A stretch of DNA of 64,000 nt from an uncultured Bacteroidales bacterium. GTDB lineage: Bacteria; Bacteroidota; Bacteroidia; Bacteroidales; F082. Position 1 is the first letter of the stretch. The number at the start of each line of letters is the position of its first letter. The stretch is taken from NCBI GenBank assembly GCA_900321315.1, contig ONVP01000002.1, positions 272 through 64,271 of the forward strand, read 5' to 3'. Position numbers and translations under genes: made by a program. The notes below the pieces were generated by a model. That model ran no database searches. It was not told the DNA's origin and was given only the letters and a program-made list of their open reading frames with translations. Of the stretch, positions 1 through 7,408 are shown piece after piece.

Positions 1-1
1 A

Positions 2-820
2 GAGCCATACCCTCAGATTGAGCTTCGCATGGCTTGTTTCAAAGGCAAAGACAAAAACATTTTCATTGACAACAAAAGTGAGTCGGGGAATTTCTTTCAC
101 TTGTTGGATGCAGGTGTCGCCTTTTGTTTTAGAAACCTGAAACTTGGTGGAGAAATCATTGGCCTTCAGCGTGATGAAAAGCTTGAAATCCCAATAGAGG
201 CATTGCGCGAAGCCTTAATCAATGCCCTTTGTCACCGTCAATACGAGCGCACCAATGGTTCAGTCAGCCTGGCCATTTATGATGATCGCCTCGAAATCGT
301 CAATCCTGGCAAATTCCCGCCGGAGATTTCCCCTGAAAACATTAAGCAGCCCCACGAGTCTTATCCGTACAACAAAAAGTTGGCACAGTTCCTATACCTC
401 TGTAACTATTTGGAAAAATGGGGTTCGGGAGCACAACGCATAATTGATCTGTGCAACAAGCAAGGCTTGCCCGAACCTAAATGGATTGCTAATAACAGTA
501 CGATAACTATCGTATTCCAGCGCAATAAGGAAGCACAAGTTGATGTCACTACTCATACAGATAAACAAGCAGCAATCGACATGATTGGCGGTAAATTGGC
601 GGTATCTGGTGGTAAATTGGCGGTATCTGGCGGTATCATTGAAAAACTGGCAGATGTATTCCTTTTCGTCAAGGATAATCCGAACTGCAATTCTGAGAAA
701 GTAGCTGCCATGTTGAACAGAGGCAAGTCAACAGCCAGAAACTATCTGCACATTCTTTCCGAACTTGGAATGATAAAGCCACAAGGCACTTTCAAAGACC
801 GCACCTATACAGCCGTATAA
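2..820 (+). CDS. C-terminal part of a RecG-like / AlbA_2(Schlafen)-associated putative ATP-binding transcriptional regulator; 5' end lies outside the window
   Basis: The frame is open from base 2 (EPYPQIELR precedes the listed Met at 29). ALINALCHRQY, SVSLAIYDDRLEIVNPG and LEKWGSGAQRII match the family usually annotated as RecG-related / HATPase_c_4. The C-terminal KSTARNYLHILSELGMIKPQG looks like a winged helix. Confidence 0.7.
   Translation, partial: EPYPQIELRMACFKGKDKNIFIDNKSESGNFFHLLDAGVAFCFRNLKLGGEIIGLQRDEKLEIPIEALREALINALCHRQYERTNGSVSLAIYDDRLEIVNPGKFPPEISPENIKQPHESYPYNKKLAQFLYLCNYLEKWGSGAQRIIDLCNKQGLPEPKWIANNSTITIVFQRNKEAQVDVTTHTDKQAAIDMIGGKLAVSGGKLAVSGGIIEKLADVFLFVKDNPNCNSEKVAAMLNRGKSTARNYLHILSELGMIKPQGTFKDRTYTAV
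587..637 (+). repeat. In-frame 21-bp tandem repeat (2 full units plus a partial) encoding GGKLAVS GGKLAVS GG
   Basis: ggcggtaaattggcggtatct / ggtggtaaattggcggtatct / ggcggtatc read directly; it lies inside the CDS between the conserved core and the C-terminal wHTH. Confidence 0.9.
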
Positions 821-1524
821 TCTAACTGACGGTTTAGCAATATCAACCTCATATCGACCAAGCCGCCGCTGTCATGGTTTTTGCATTGTTTGGGCTTTTA
901 CCCTGCCTGCCCAATGCTGTGCGGTAATGCGGCCTGTCAAAATGTGTCGTCCTCGTTCCTGCGGGCGAACATTTCGCCAGTCCACAACACCGCCCAGCGG
1001 CCGCGCGACGGCCAGCCTCAACTTCTACATCGCCCTGGGCAAGAGTCGTTTTTCAGTTCCAACTGCTTCGTCAATTCGATAGCACGAATAACGAAATCAC
1101 GATAGAACGAAAAAAAACGACAAAGGAAAAACGACACATGCCCAGGGCAGCCACATGTCAAATTGAAAGTCAATACTTCTAAGGAAATCTTATGAAAGGC
1201 CGTCGCGCTTTACCCACAGCTGAAGCATTAACCAGGCAAAAACCCCGCCAGTGGCTAACTCCAACTGTTATCATCGGGCTTTTACTGACTTGAAAGCCTT
1301 CAAAGCCTCACCGTCATTGCGGACTTGATCCGCAATCTCACAAGTCGTTAGCACGATAGTACGTTAGCACATATAACGATACGCACAGCCCTGAAGGGGC
1401 AACACGACATTAACCCGATGCAAGCATAGTGCAGCTTCGGGTAACTGCCCGACGTCCAACCTACCTAATTCAGCGGGAGGGGGAAATCGGTGTTCCCTGC
1501 GTCGCCGCTTCTTGCGCCTGCCTT

Positions 1525-1611
1525 GGTGCTGGCAAGGGTCAAGCCGAGCGGCAATCTGAAAAAATGCTGAGCTTCGTGCGCTTTTTCAGGTTGCCGCCCT
1601 TGCCCGACACC
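1525..1611. other. Extended interrupted hairpin (about 26 bp) inside a GC-rich ORF-poor block
   Basis: Paired by hand. 1550-1563 pairs with 1582-1595 (14 bp, one G-U). 1531-1538 pairs with 1597-1604 (8 bp). 1525-1528 pairs with 1608-1611 (4 bp). The loop is 18 nt. No T-tract follows on either strand. Confidence 0.6.
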
Positions 1612-2178
1612 GCCGCTGCTCTTCGCCGTCCCTCGACAAGCGTTTCGCTGCGCTCCACTGGCGCGGCTCCAGCGAGCGTTTGCGGCTCCAAGGCCAGCCG
1701 CTTTCGTGGCTCCTTGCTCGCTCGGGGCTTTCTTGTCGCCCCCCGAACCCCCAAACGGTTCTCGTACCTCGCAACTTTTTAGCGGGGGTCGCCGCGCCCC
1801 TTTAGTTTTGCGCCCCTGCTTGCGCGTCCGCCCGGCGGTTCCCTTTTCGGAGCGCTAAAGCGCATCTTGTTTCGCCCCCTCATCGTTGCCATCCCATCCC
1901 GCAAGGCTTTCGCTGGTGCCTGCCTCTTCGGGGTCGCCGCCGCAAAAGGCACACCCGCCGCCGCTTCGGATTGTAACCGTGCGCGGACTCCTGTCGGGCG
2001 GGTCGGCCGCGCTGGCGCGAACGGGGCGCAGGGTTTCCCGCTCTGGTGTAGTCCAGTTGCCCTTAGTATCCTCTTTCTCGGCTCTGTTTTTCTCTGTCTT
2101 TAGGCCGCAGGCGCTTTTCCCCCTTAACCTGCTGACCCAACGCGCATCCGTGCCACCGTCACCCCCGACCACCACCCC

Positions 2179-2212
2179 GTAAAACGGTTCAACGGCTGAA
2201 GCCGTCACCGTT
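2179..2212 (-). terminator. Possible second intrinsic terminator downstream of the M15 peptidase operon
   Basis: aacggt..acggc tgaa gccgt..accgtt two-step hairpin (2183-2212), followed on the minus strand by TTTT (plus-strand aaaa at 2179-2182). Confidence 0.4.
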
Positions 2213-2240
2213 CCACCATCAATCCCCTCCAACCACCCAA

Positions 2241-2271
2241 TAAAAAAGCCTTCACCAACTGGCAAAGGCTT
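2241..2271 (-). terminator. Intrinsic terminator of the nuclease/M15 peptidase operon
   Basis: 7-bp stem aagcctt/aaggctt (2246-2252 / 2265-2271) with a 12-nt loop. A T-run follows on the minus strand (plus-strand aaaaa at 2242-2246). It sits 28 nt after the stop at 2299. Confidence 0.5.
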
Positions 2272-2298
2272 CAAAATAAAATGAAAAGAACGAACAGA

Positions 2299-2727
2299 CT
2301 ACTTTAACTCAAAGTGGCTCTTATCGACGAAGGTTTTCCAGTTCCCGCCCCAAACGAGCTTCACATTCATTTCGCTGGCCACCTGAAACATCACTTCGGC
2401 CAAATCTTCAAATCTGGTCCAATCCACCGCCTTGCGGTTCATCGTCAGCGGGTACAAATCCACCGCCTTCCCGATGAGGTGTTTGCTTTTCATCGTGCGT
2501 GACTTTCCCTGCCTCACATACTCGCGCTGCTTTGCTTCGCTCCGCAGCCCTTCCGACACATTGAAAGGAAAAGGACAACGCTTCGCGCACTCAATCACAA
2601 TCGCCGTCAGGCGTTCATCAACGCCTTCCAGCCTCTTTTTCGATAACTCTGACAATTCCATAACTATTTCTCCTTTAGTTTGTTCCGTCCATTCTTCCCC
2701 CTTTGTAAGGGGGGTAGGAGGATTCAT
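2299..2727 (-). CDS. Peptidase M15 family (phage-endolysin-type L-alanyl-D-glutamate / D-Ala-D-Ala peptidase)
   Basis: SEGLRSEAKQREYVRQGKS...SKHLIGKAVDL...VWGGNW...DKSHFEL is the typical M15 (VanY/T5-endolysin-like) metal-binding pattern. No signal peptide. An alternative ATG at 2661 (MELSELSKKRL) is possible. The listed start overlaps the upstream stop by 4 nt. Confidence 0.8.
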   Translation of the reverse strand: MNPPTPLTKGEEWTEQTKGEIVMELSELSKKRLEGVDERLTAIVIECAKRCPFPFNVSEGLRSEAKQREYVRQGKSRTMKSKHLIGKAVDLYPLTMNRKAVDWTRFEDLAEVMFQVASEMNVKLVWGGNWKTFVDKSHFELK

Positions 2728-3365
2728 CGATACGCATCTCTTTCAAATTTGCCTATCTTCCTCCAAACCCAAGGAGCCACAGCCCGCTCGTCGCTCCACA
2801 GGCCGCGTCCGTCCTGTTTCGCTTCGGCTTCCAACGCCGAATAGGTCGGATTGCGGTCATACTCCTTGTAATGCCACGCCAATCCATGCTTCAGCATTTC
2901 AGCCCCGATGTCCTTACCGTCGAGGTAAACCGTCGCAATCCACCGCCCGTACTGGTCGCGCTGTTTCAGCTTCAGTCCTACGGTCTTCCCGCTGATGAGC
3001 CATTGAAGGTGCAGCGTGGCCACATCCCCGTAATACTGCCCTCGCTCCGGCGCGTCGATGCCGTTGATGCGGATTTGGGTCACCATCATCTGTTGCGCCC
3101 ACCATCCGCCTCCGGCGTTCTGGTCGCTCGCCGTGCGGCTACCTCCTCCCGTCGTGATGATGTTCCCCTCGAAGGTGTCGCCGTCAATGACGCGGCTCAC
3201 CTTCATCATAACTTGCTCCTTGTCATTTCCAGAAAGGCACTTCGTTACACTCGTTGCGGTATTTCCCCCTTTGGGGATAGTCAAAAGTCTGCTTTCTTTC
3301 CATTCCCGCTGGCATCCGCAAGAAAGCACAAGAAACGCGATGGCCAGCACCATTAGCTTTTTCAT
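2724..3365 (-). CDS. Secreted thermonuclease (SNase/micrococcal nuclease family) lipoprotein
   Basis: VIDGDTF, INGIDAPERGQYYG, DQYGRWIATVYLDG..GAEMLKHGLAWHY and EAEAKQDGRGLWS are SNase motifs. I trimmed the start to the ATG at 3365, giving MKKLMVLAIAFLVLSCGC (signal plus lipobox). A -7 box lies 24 nt upstream. Confidence 0.85.
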   Translation of the reverse strand: MKKLMVLAIAFLVLSCGCQREWKESRLLTIPKGGNTATSVTKCLSGNDKEQVMMKVSRVIDGDTFEGNIITTGGGSRTASDQNAGGGWWAQQMMVTQIRINGIDAPERGQYYGDVATLHLQWLISGKTVGLKLKQRDQYGRWIATVYLDGKDIGAEMLKHGLAWHYKEYDRNPTYSALEAEAKQDGRGLWSDERAVAPWVWRKIGKFERDAYR

Positions 3366-3388
3366 AATCTTATTGTTTTGATGCTTTG

Positions 3389-3396
3389 CAAAAATA
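3389..3396 (-). promoter_or_regulatory. Bacteroidota-type -7 box (TATTTTTG on minus strand) for the nuclease/M15 operon
   Basis: Plus-strand caaaaata equals minus-strand TATTTTTG and matches TAnnTTTG. It is 24 nt upstream of the ATG at 3365. Confidence 0.45.
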
Positions 3397-3483
3397 CACC
3401 ATCCATCCCGTTTGTCAGCTACGCAAACTAACGCAAAGCGAAGCAACAGAAACCATTGTAACCTATTGTAAATAAAATAGATA

Positions 3484-3491
3484 TACATTTG
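3484..3491 (+). promoter_or_regulatory. Bacteroidota-type -7 box (TACATTTG) for the first tandem paralogue
   Basis: Matches TAnnTTTG and lies 50 nt upstream of the ATG at 3541, in the divergent intergenic region. Confidence 0.45.
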
Positions 3492-3540
3492 CGAAACAAA
3501 ACCAATTAACCTCATTTATTAACTTCTAAATTTCAAGATT

Positions 3541-4209
3541 ATGGGAAAAATCAAGCAAGGAATCCTCGGAGGATTCAAAGGTAAAGTCGGGACGGTCATT
3601 GGCTCCTCTTGGAACGGCATTTCCTACATGAAAGGCCACGCCCAAAACATCAGGAACCCCAAGACCCCCGCACAGATGATTCAACGCGACTTCTTCAAGG
3701 AAGTTCAGGACCTGGCAGGTCAGCTCTCCAACGAGCAGTTGGCTTTCCTCTTTCCTCTAACCCCAAAGAACATGACCCGTCGCAACGCGCTCGCACAGCA
3801 GCTCGCCGCCGACCCCGTCGTCACTGACGATGCAAAGCACGTCGATTTGGCCAACATCACCACCCTCGGCAATGCGCCTACCGCCGACCTGCCGGATGCC
3901 ACCATCATAGCGGCTGGTGAAAACCTGACCATCTCCTGGGACGGCTCCACCGACTACCGCGCCGCCCACTCCGACGAGTTCCCGACCGTCTTTGTGGCCA
4001 ACGTCACCAAAAAGAAGGTCTATCTCGTCAATTCCACTGTGGCCTTCGGCCAATCTGGAAACCAATCGTTCAATGTTGGCCTTTCCGCCTATGGCGAAGC
4101 CACCGACACTTTCTCGGGCTTTCTCCTCTCCACAGGCGCAACTTCTCCTCATTGGCATGGCCACCTTTGCGTTAGCGAGCGTCCTGCCCGCGTCAAGAGG
4201 AACGCCTAA
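3541..4209 (+). CDS. Uncharacterised protein, tandem paralogue 1 of 3 (conserved Gly-rich N-terminus, basic C-terminal tail)
   Basis: MGKIKQGILGGFKGKVGTVIGSSWNGISYMKG... is near-identical at the N-terminus to the ORFs at 4363 and 5065, while the DNA differs mostly at synonymous sites. It has its own terminator at 4232-4259. Confidence 0.8.
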   Translation: MGKIKQGILGGFKGKVGTVIGSSWNGISYMKGHAQNIRNPKTPAQMIQRDFFKEVQDLAGQLSNEQLAFLFPLTPKNMTRRNALAQQLAADPVVTDDAKHVDLANITTLGNAPTADLPDATIIAAGENLTISWDGSTDYRAAHSDEFPTVFVANVTKKKVYLVNSTVAFGQSGNQSFNVGLSAYGEATDTFSGFLLSTGATSPHWHGHLCVSERPARVKRNA

Positions 4210-4231
4210 CAGCGTATTCGCGGACATCCTC

Positions 4232-4259
4232 AAAAGCCGTCCTTACGGGCGGCTTTTTT
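4232..4259 (+). terminator. Intrinsic terminator after paralogue 1
   Basis: aaaagccgtcc ttac gggcggctttt: 11-bp stem including one G-U, tetraloop, then a T-run. Confidence 0.7.
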
Positions 4260-4362
4260 AAGAGATTTCCGGGGCATGGTCAAGTAGGGTTCAAGTCTAT
4301 ACCAACTCCGAGTCAGGTTCGCAAAATCTAAACCAAGTATTAACCAATAAAAATTCTGAATT

Positions 4363-5037
4363 ATGGGAAAAATCAAACAGGGAATCTTAGGCGGATTCAA
4401 AGGAAAAGTGGGAACCGTAATAGGCTCCTCGTGGAACGGCATCGCCTACATGAAAGGCCTTCCGCAATCAGTCAGAAACTCGAAGTCTGCCGCTCAAATC
4501 AAGCAGCGCGACTTCTTCAAGGAGGTGCAGCAAATCGCTAGCCAACTCACTGCCGAGCAGCTTGCCTTCCTGTACCCGTCATCGCCCAAGGGCATGACAC
4601 GACGCAACGCCATCGTCCAGCAGCTTTCTGAAGACCCCATCGTTGAGGCCGACAGCAAACATGTGGACTTGGCAAACCTAAAAACCCTTGGCAACGCGCC
4701 AACGGCAGAGCTGCCAGAGGCATCCTTTTCCGTTGATGGCAACAACCTCGCCATCTCATGGAACGGCGCAAGCGGCTGGCGCACCGACCATGCCGATGAA
4801 TACCCTACCGTATTCGTGGCTAATGTCACCAAGAAAAGAGTGTTCCTCATCAACTCGCCTGTCGCCTTCGGCGCAGCTGGAGAATGGTCATTCATTGTCG
4901 GTCTGTCTGCCTACGGCGAAGCCTCCGACACCTTCAGCGGTTTTCTCCTTTCCACAGGCGCACAAACCGCACAAATCGGCTTCGGAACGATGGGCGTATG
5001 TGAACGCCCTGCCCGTCCACCCAAAAAGAACAACTAA
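4363..5037 (+). CDS. Uncharacterised protein, tandem paralogue 2 of 3
   Basis: Similar to paralogue 1 along its whole length (e.g. KHVDLAN..TLGNAPTA.LP, PTVFVANVTKK.V.L.NS.VAFG, GLSAYGEA.DTFSGFLLSTGA). C-terminal tail is ERPARPPKKNN. Confidence 0.8.
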   Translation: MGKIKQGILGGFKGKVGTVIGSSWNGIAYMKGLPQSVRNSKSAAQIKQRDFFKEVQQIASQLTAEQLAFLYPSSPKGMTRRNAIVQQLSEDPIVEADSKHVDLANLKTLGNAPTAELPEASFSVDGNNLAISWNGASGWRTDHADEYPTVFVANVTKKRVFLINSPVAFGAAGEWSFIVGLSAYGEASDTFSGFLLSTGAQTAQIGFGTMGVCERPARPPKKNN

Positions 5038-5064
5038 ATGTCTAACCCCTAAACAAGTAAAGCA

Positions 5065-5751
5065 ATGGGAAAAATCAAACAAGGAATCCTCGGCGGATTC
5101 AGAGGCAAAGTCGGTACAGTTATCGGCTCCTCATGGAATGGCATTTCTTACATGCGCGGTCAGGCGCAATCTGTCAGAAACGCCAACACACCTGCACAAC
5201 AGGCGCAACGCGCTTTCTTCAAACAAGTTCAGGAACTCACATCGCAACTCTCTGATGAGCAGCTTGCCATGCTGTTCCCGTCGGTCACACGCGGCATGAC
5301 GCGCCGCAACATGCTCACCCGTCAGCTTTCGGCTTGCCACGACTACGCTTCCGATGTCAAAACCTTCAATCTCTCCTTGCTGGAGGGCATCGGCAACGGT
5401 GAGCGCATCGATACGCCAATGCTGACCCTTACGGCTACCTCTATTGGCTCTCCGGCTAATCCAGTGACGGGCATCGTCATCGACCAGACTGTTGTCGCCT
5501 CAATCAACAAACCCGCTTCAGCTTGCTTCTCCGTTGTGGCCTACAACCTGACGCAAAAGAAGATAACCGTTTTCAACACGTCCTTTTCGGACTCCAACGC
5601 CAACCTGACCGTCGAAACAGGCAGCTTTGCCACCGATGGCGACAACATCCGCTGCTATTTGACCTATCAGTATCAGCGGAGAGGTGGTTTCGGCACATTG
5701 TCTATCGCAAATCGCCCTGAGCGCGACAAAGAGAAGAAAAAGAAATCCTAA
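5065..5751 (+). CDS. Uncharacterised protein, tandem paralogue 3 of 3 (divergent C-terminal half)
   Basis: The first ~95 aa align with paralogues 1 and 2 (MGKIKQGILGGFRGKVGTVIGSSWNGISYMRG...MTRRN). The rest is divergent. The tail GGFGTLSIANRPERDKEKKKKS retains the GFGT...RP.R motif. Confidence 0.8.
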   Translation: MGKIKQGILGGFRGKVGTVIGSSWNGISYMRGQAQSVRNANTPAQQAQRAFFKQVQELTSQLSDEQLAMLFPSVTRGMTRRNMLTRQLSACHDYASDVKTFNLSLLEGIGNGERIDTPMLTLTATSIGSPANPVTGIVIDQTVVASINKPASACFSVVAYNLTQKKITVFNTSFSDSNANLTVETGSFATDGDNIRCYLTYQYQRRGGFGTLSIANRPERDKEKKKKS

Positions 5752-5763
5752 AACTTTGCCGCT

Positions 5764-6018
5764 ATGTCACTCTACGAATGGATAACAACGCTCCTTGCGC
5801 CCGTCACAGGCATCGTCACTTGGTTTGCCGCCACGCGCCACCGTCAAAACCAAGTCATCAAGGAGATGCAGCACACCATCTATGAACTGGTCCAAGAGAA
5901 CAAGCGCGTCTATGCGGAACTTACTGAAGCTCGCCGTGAAATCGTCGGGCTTACCGCACAGGTTCGGCAGTTGAACATCGAGAATGAGGAACTGAAACAG
6001 ATGATTGAGAAGCTATGA
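5764..6018 (+). CDS. Small membrane protein: N-terminal TM helix plus coiled coil (holin/i-spanin-like architecture)
   Basis: WITTLLAPVTGIVTWFAA is hydrophobic and is followed by heptad-like ELVQENKRVYAELTEARREIVGLTAQVRQLNIENEELKQMIEKL. Its stop overlaps the next start (ATGA). Confidence 0.6.
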   Translation: MSLYEWITTLLAPVTGIVTWFAATRHRQNQVIKEMQHTIYELVQENKRVYAELTEARREIVGLTAQVRQLNIENEELKQMIEKL

Positions 6019-6482
6019 GAACGCGCATCCTTTTCCTCCTCCTGATGTCGATGGTTATGTGTGCTTGCAACGCGAACCGCAGAGCGCAGCGCCAAATCCG
6101 TAGAATAACGGAACGCTGCCCGGAACTCCACACCGTGCAAGCACACGCCTTCGACACGCTCCTCACGGTCGCGCCCGTGGCCGACAGCGCAGCCATGCCA
6201 CTCCGCCCGCTCCTCGAAGGCCAACCCGTCACGGTCAAGACGAAGCAAGGCACTTTCACCGCGACCGCTACGGATGACAGCCTCACCATCACCTACGAGG
6301 CGCAGCCCGAGCCAATTCATTTCACGGACACGCTGCGCTACGCGCAGGTCGTCATCAGCGAGGAACCGCCAAACAAGAAACCGCCCAATGCCGTTTGGTT
6401 TCTGCTCGGTATGGTGTTGGTGCTTGTGGCTATCCTCGCCTTCGTAATGGCAACCATTATTAAGCAAGTCAAGGCTTCCTGA
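6015..6482 (+). CDS. Lipoprotein with C-terminal TM anchor (unimolecular-spanin-like architecture)
   Basis: MRTRILFLLLMSMVMCAC is a signal plus lipobox-like Cys. The C-terminal AVWFLLGMVLVLVAILAFVMATII is a TM helix. The gene is translationally coupled to the upstream ORF. Confidence 0.6.
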   Translation: MRTRILFLLLMSMVMCACNANRRAQRQIRRITERCPELHTVQAHAFDTLLTVAPVADSAAMPLRPLLEGQPVTVKTKQGTFTATATDDSLTITYEAQPEPIHFTDTLRYAQVVISEEPPNKKPPNAVWFLLGMVLVLVAILAFVMATIIKQVKAS

Positions 6483-6501
6483 CAGGGAGCCTTCCTTTTT
6501 T
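6471..6501 (+). terminator. Intrinsic terminator ending the paralogue/membrane-protein operon
   Basis: aaggcttcc tgaca gggagcctt: 9-bp stem (one G-U) followed by cctttttt. It overlaps the stop codon at 6480-6482. Confidence 0.65.
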
Positions 6502-6925
6502 CTGGCCGTCGCTCGATGGGCGGTATTTCGGCTCTGTTGTAGTGTAATTGTTTATCCAAAATAAGCCAAAGATTGCAGGGGTGCTTCAACCTTTTTTTGT
6601 TGAGCATTACGCAATCTTTGTCTTATTTCGGCTGTAAATTGGGTTGCGTTTTCCCGTTCTCGTTTCTCCGACATCCTCTATTTCCTCCATTTCCGCTTGG
6701 TCAATGAAAACGATTCGGAGGGCTGCCTGCCAGCCAAAGGATGCGGAGATGAGCAACACCTTCTTTATTAAGCTTATAGGCCGCATCCTTCGTCTGTCAG
6801 TCAGGTTCCCATTTTGCCCAAAACGGCGCAAATTATGGTCTTTATGGTTGTTTATCAAAAAGGATTTCGTATCTTTGCATCGCACTTATAATCAAGCATT
6901 TAAGCAGTCCAAATACTTATTTTTA

Positions 6926-6954
6926 ATTTGCAACATATTTGCAACATATCTTTG
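6926..6954 (+). promoter_or_regulatory. 11-bp tandem repeat (atttgcaacat x2 plus a partial) ending in a TATCTTTG -7 box
   Basis: atttgcaacat atttgcaacat atctttg read directly. TATCTTTG (6947-6954) matches TAnnTTTG. The palindrome attgat-t-atcaat follows at 6961-6973. Confidence 0.4.
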
Positions 6955-7027
6955 TATCTAATTGATTATCAATATATCTTAATTTTGAGGAGGTGAAGTA
7001 AGCACTTCTTAAATCACTATCAAAAAA

Positions 7028-7059
7028 GGTGTAATCCGAAAGGGTTACGCCTTTTTTTT
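7028..7059. terminator. Bidirectional-looking intrinsic terminator in a gene-free low-GC stretch
   Basis: ggtgtaatcc gaaa gggttacgcc: 10-bp stem (two G-U). It is flanked by an A6 run upstream and a T8 run downstream. Confidence 0.65.
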
Positions 7060-7321
7060 GTTTTTTCCTCTGATTGAACGGTGTAAGTATGTTGCTGGCA
7101 CTTTTTCCCCTCTCGGTTTTCTCAACGCACACAGGCAATGAAGCCGTCACCCCCGTTGTCAACCCAAGAAAAGGTCAGGTCGCTCCGCAAAGTTCCGCTC
7201 AGTACCTCTATCGTCCCCACCGCTACTCTAATTCAAGAATTTGTACAGCGGCTTCTCCGTAAACTCCGATTTATGTTCATCATTATTCTATGTTTTCTAT
7301 TGATACTTTCGGAATAAAACG

Positions 7322-7329
7322 TAAATTTG
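7322..7329 (+). promoter_or_regulatory. -7 box (TAAATTTG) upstream of the 737-aa ORF
   Basis: Matches TAnnTTTG and lies 80 nt upstream of the ATG at 7409. Confidence 0.4.
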
Positions 7330-7408
7330 CAACTTCACATTTTGTTTGTACAGAAATGGTGATACATGAATGAAATTATAAAATGACATAATTACACTTA
7401 ATTAAACT

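Noticed and set aside
587-637. Tandem repeats checked as a possible CRISPR array.
   Set aside because: The units are contiguous with no spacers, only 21 bp long, in frame inside a CDS, and no cas genes are present in the window.
2183-2212. A two-step hairpin with a tetraloop that superficially resembles a group II intron domain V.
   Set aside because: It has no AGC catalytic triad, the bulge is on the wrong side, and the loop is not GNRA. There are no GUGYG 5' end or other intron domains nearby. It fits better as a minus-strand terminator followed by TTTT.
881-2274. A cluster of 60-140-aa ORFs on both strands (e.g. 1429..1782, 1855..2274, 1886..2182).
   Set aside because: They overlap each other in several frames and translate to Ala/Arg/Pro/Gly/Ser low-complexity sequence. 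None has a -7 box or recognisable motif. I treated them as by-products of high GC in a non-coding block.
4287-4297. GGGTTCAAGTC, a tRNA T-loop-like string between paralogues 1 and 2 (possible tRNA or att remnant).
   Set aside because: The flanking bases cannot form a T-stem or acceptor stem (taggg vs ctata), and I could not draw a cloverleaf. It is probably a chance match.
6607-6885. A 92-aa minus-strand ORF at the left edge of the low-GC island (considered as an excisionase, RHH or HTH protein).
   Set aside because: I could not fit an HTH or ribbon-helix-helix pattern convincingly. It has no -7 box, and it overlaps another equally weak ORF on the plus strand. Left unannotated.
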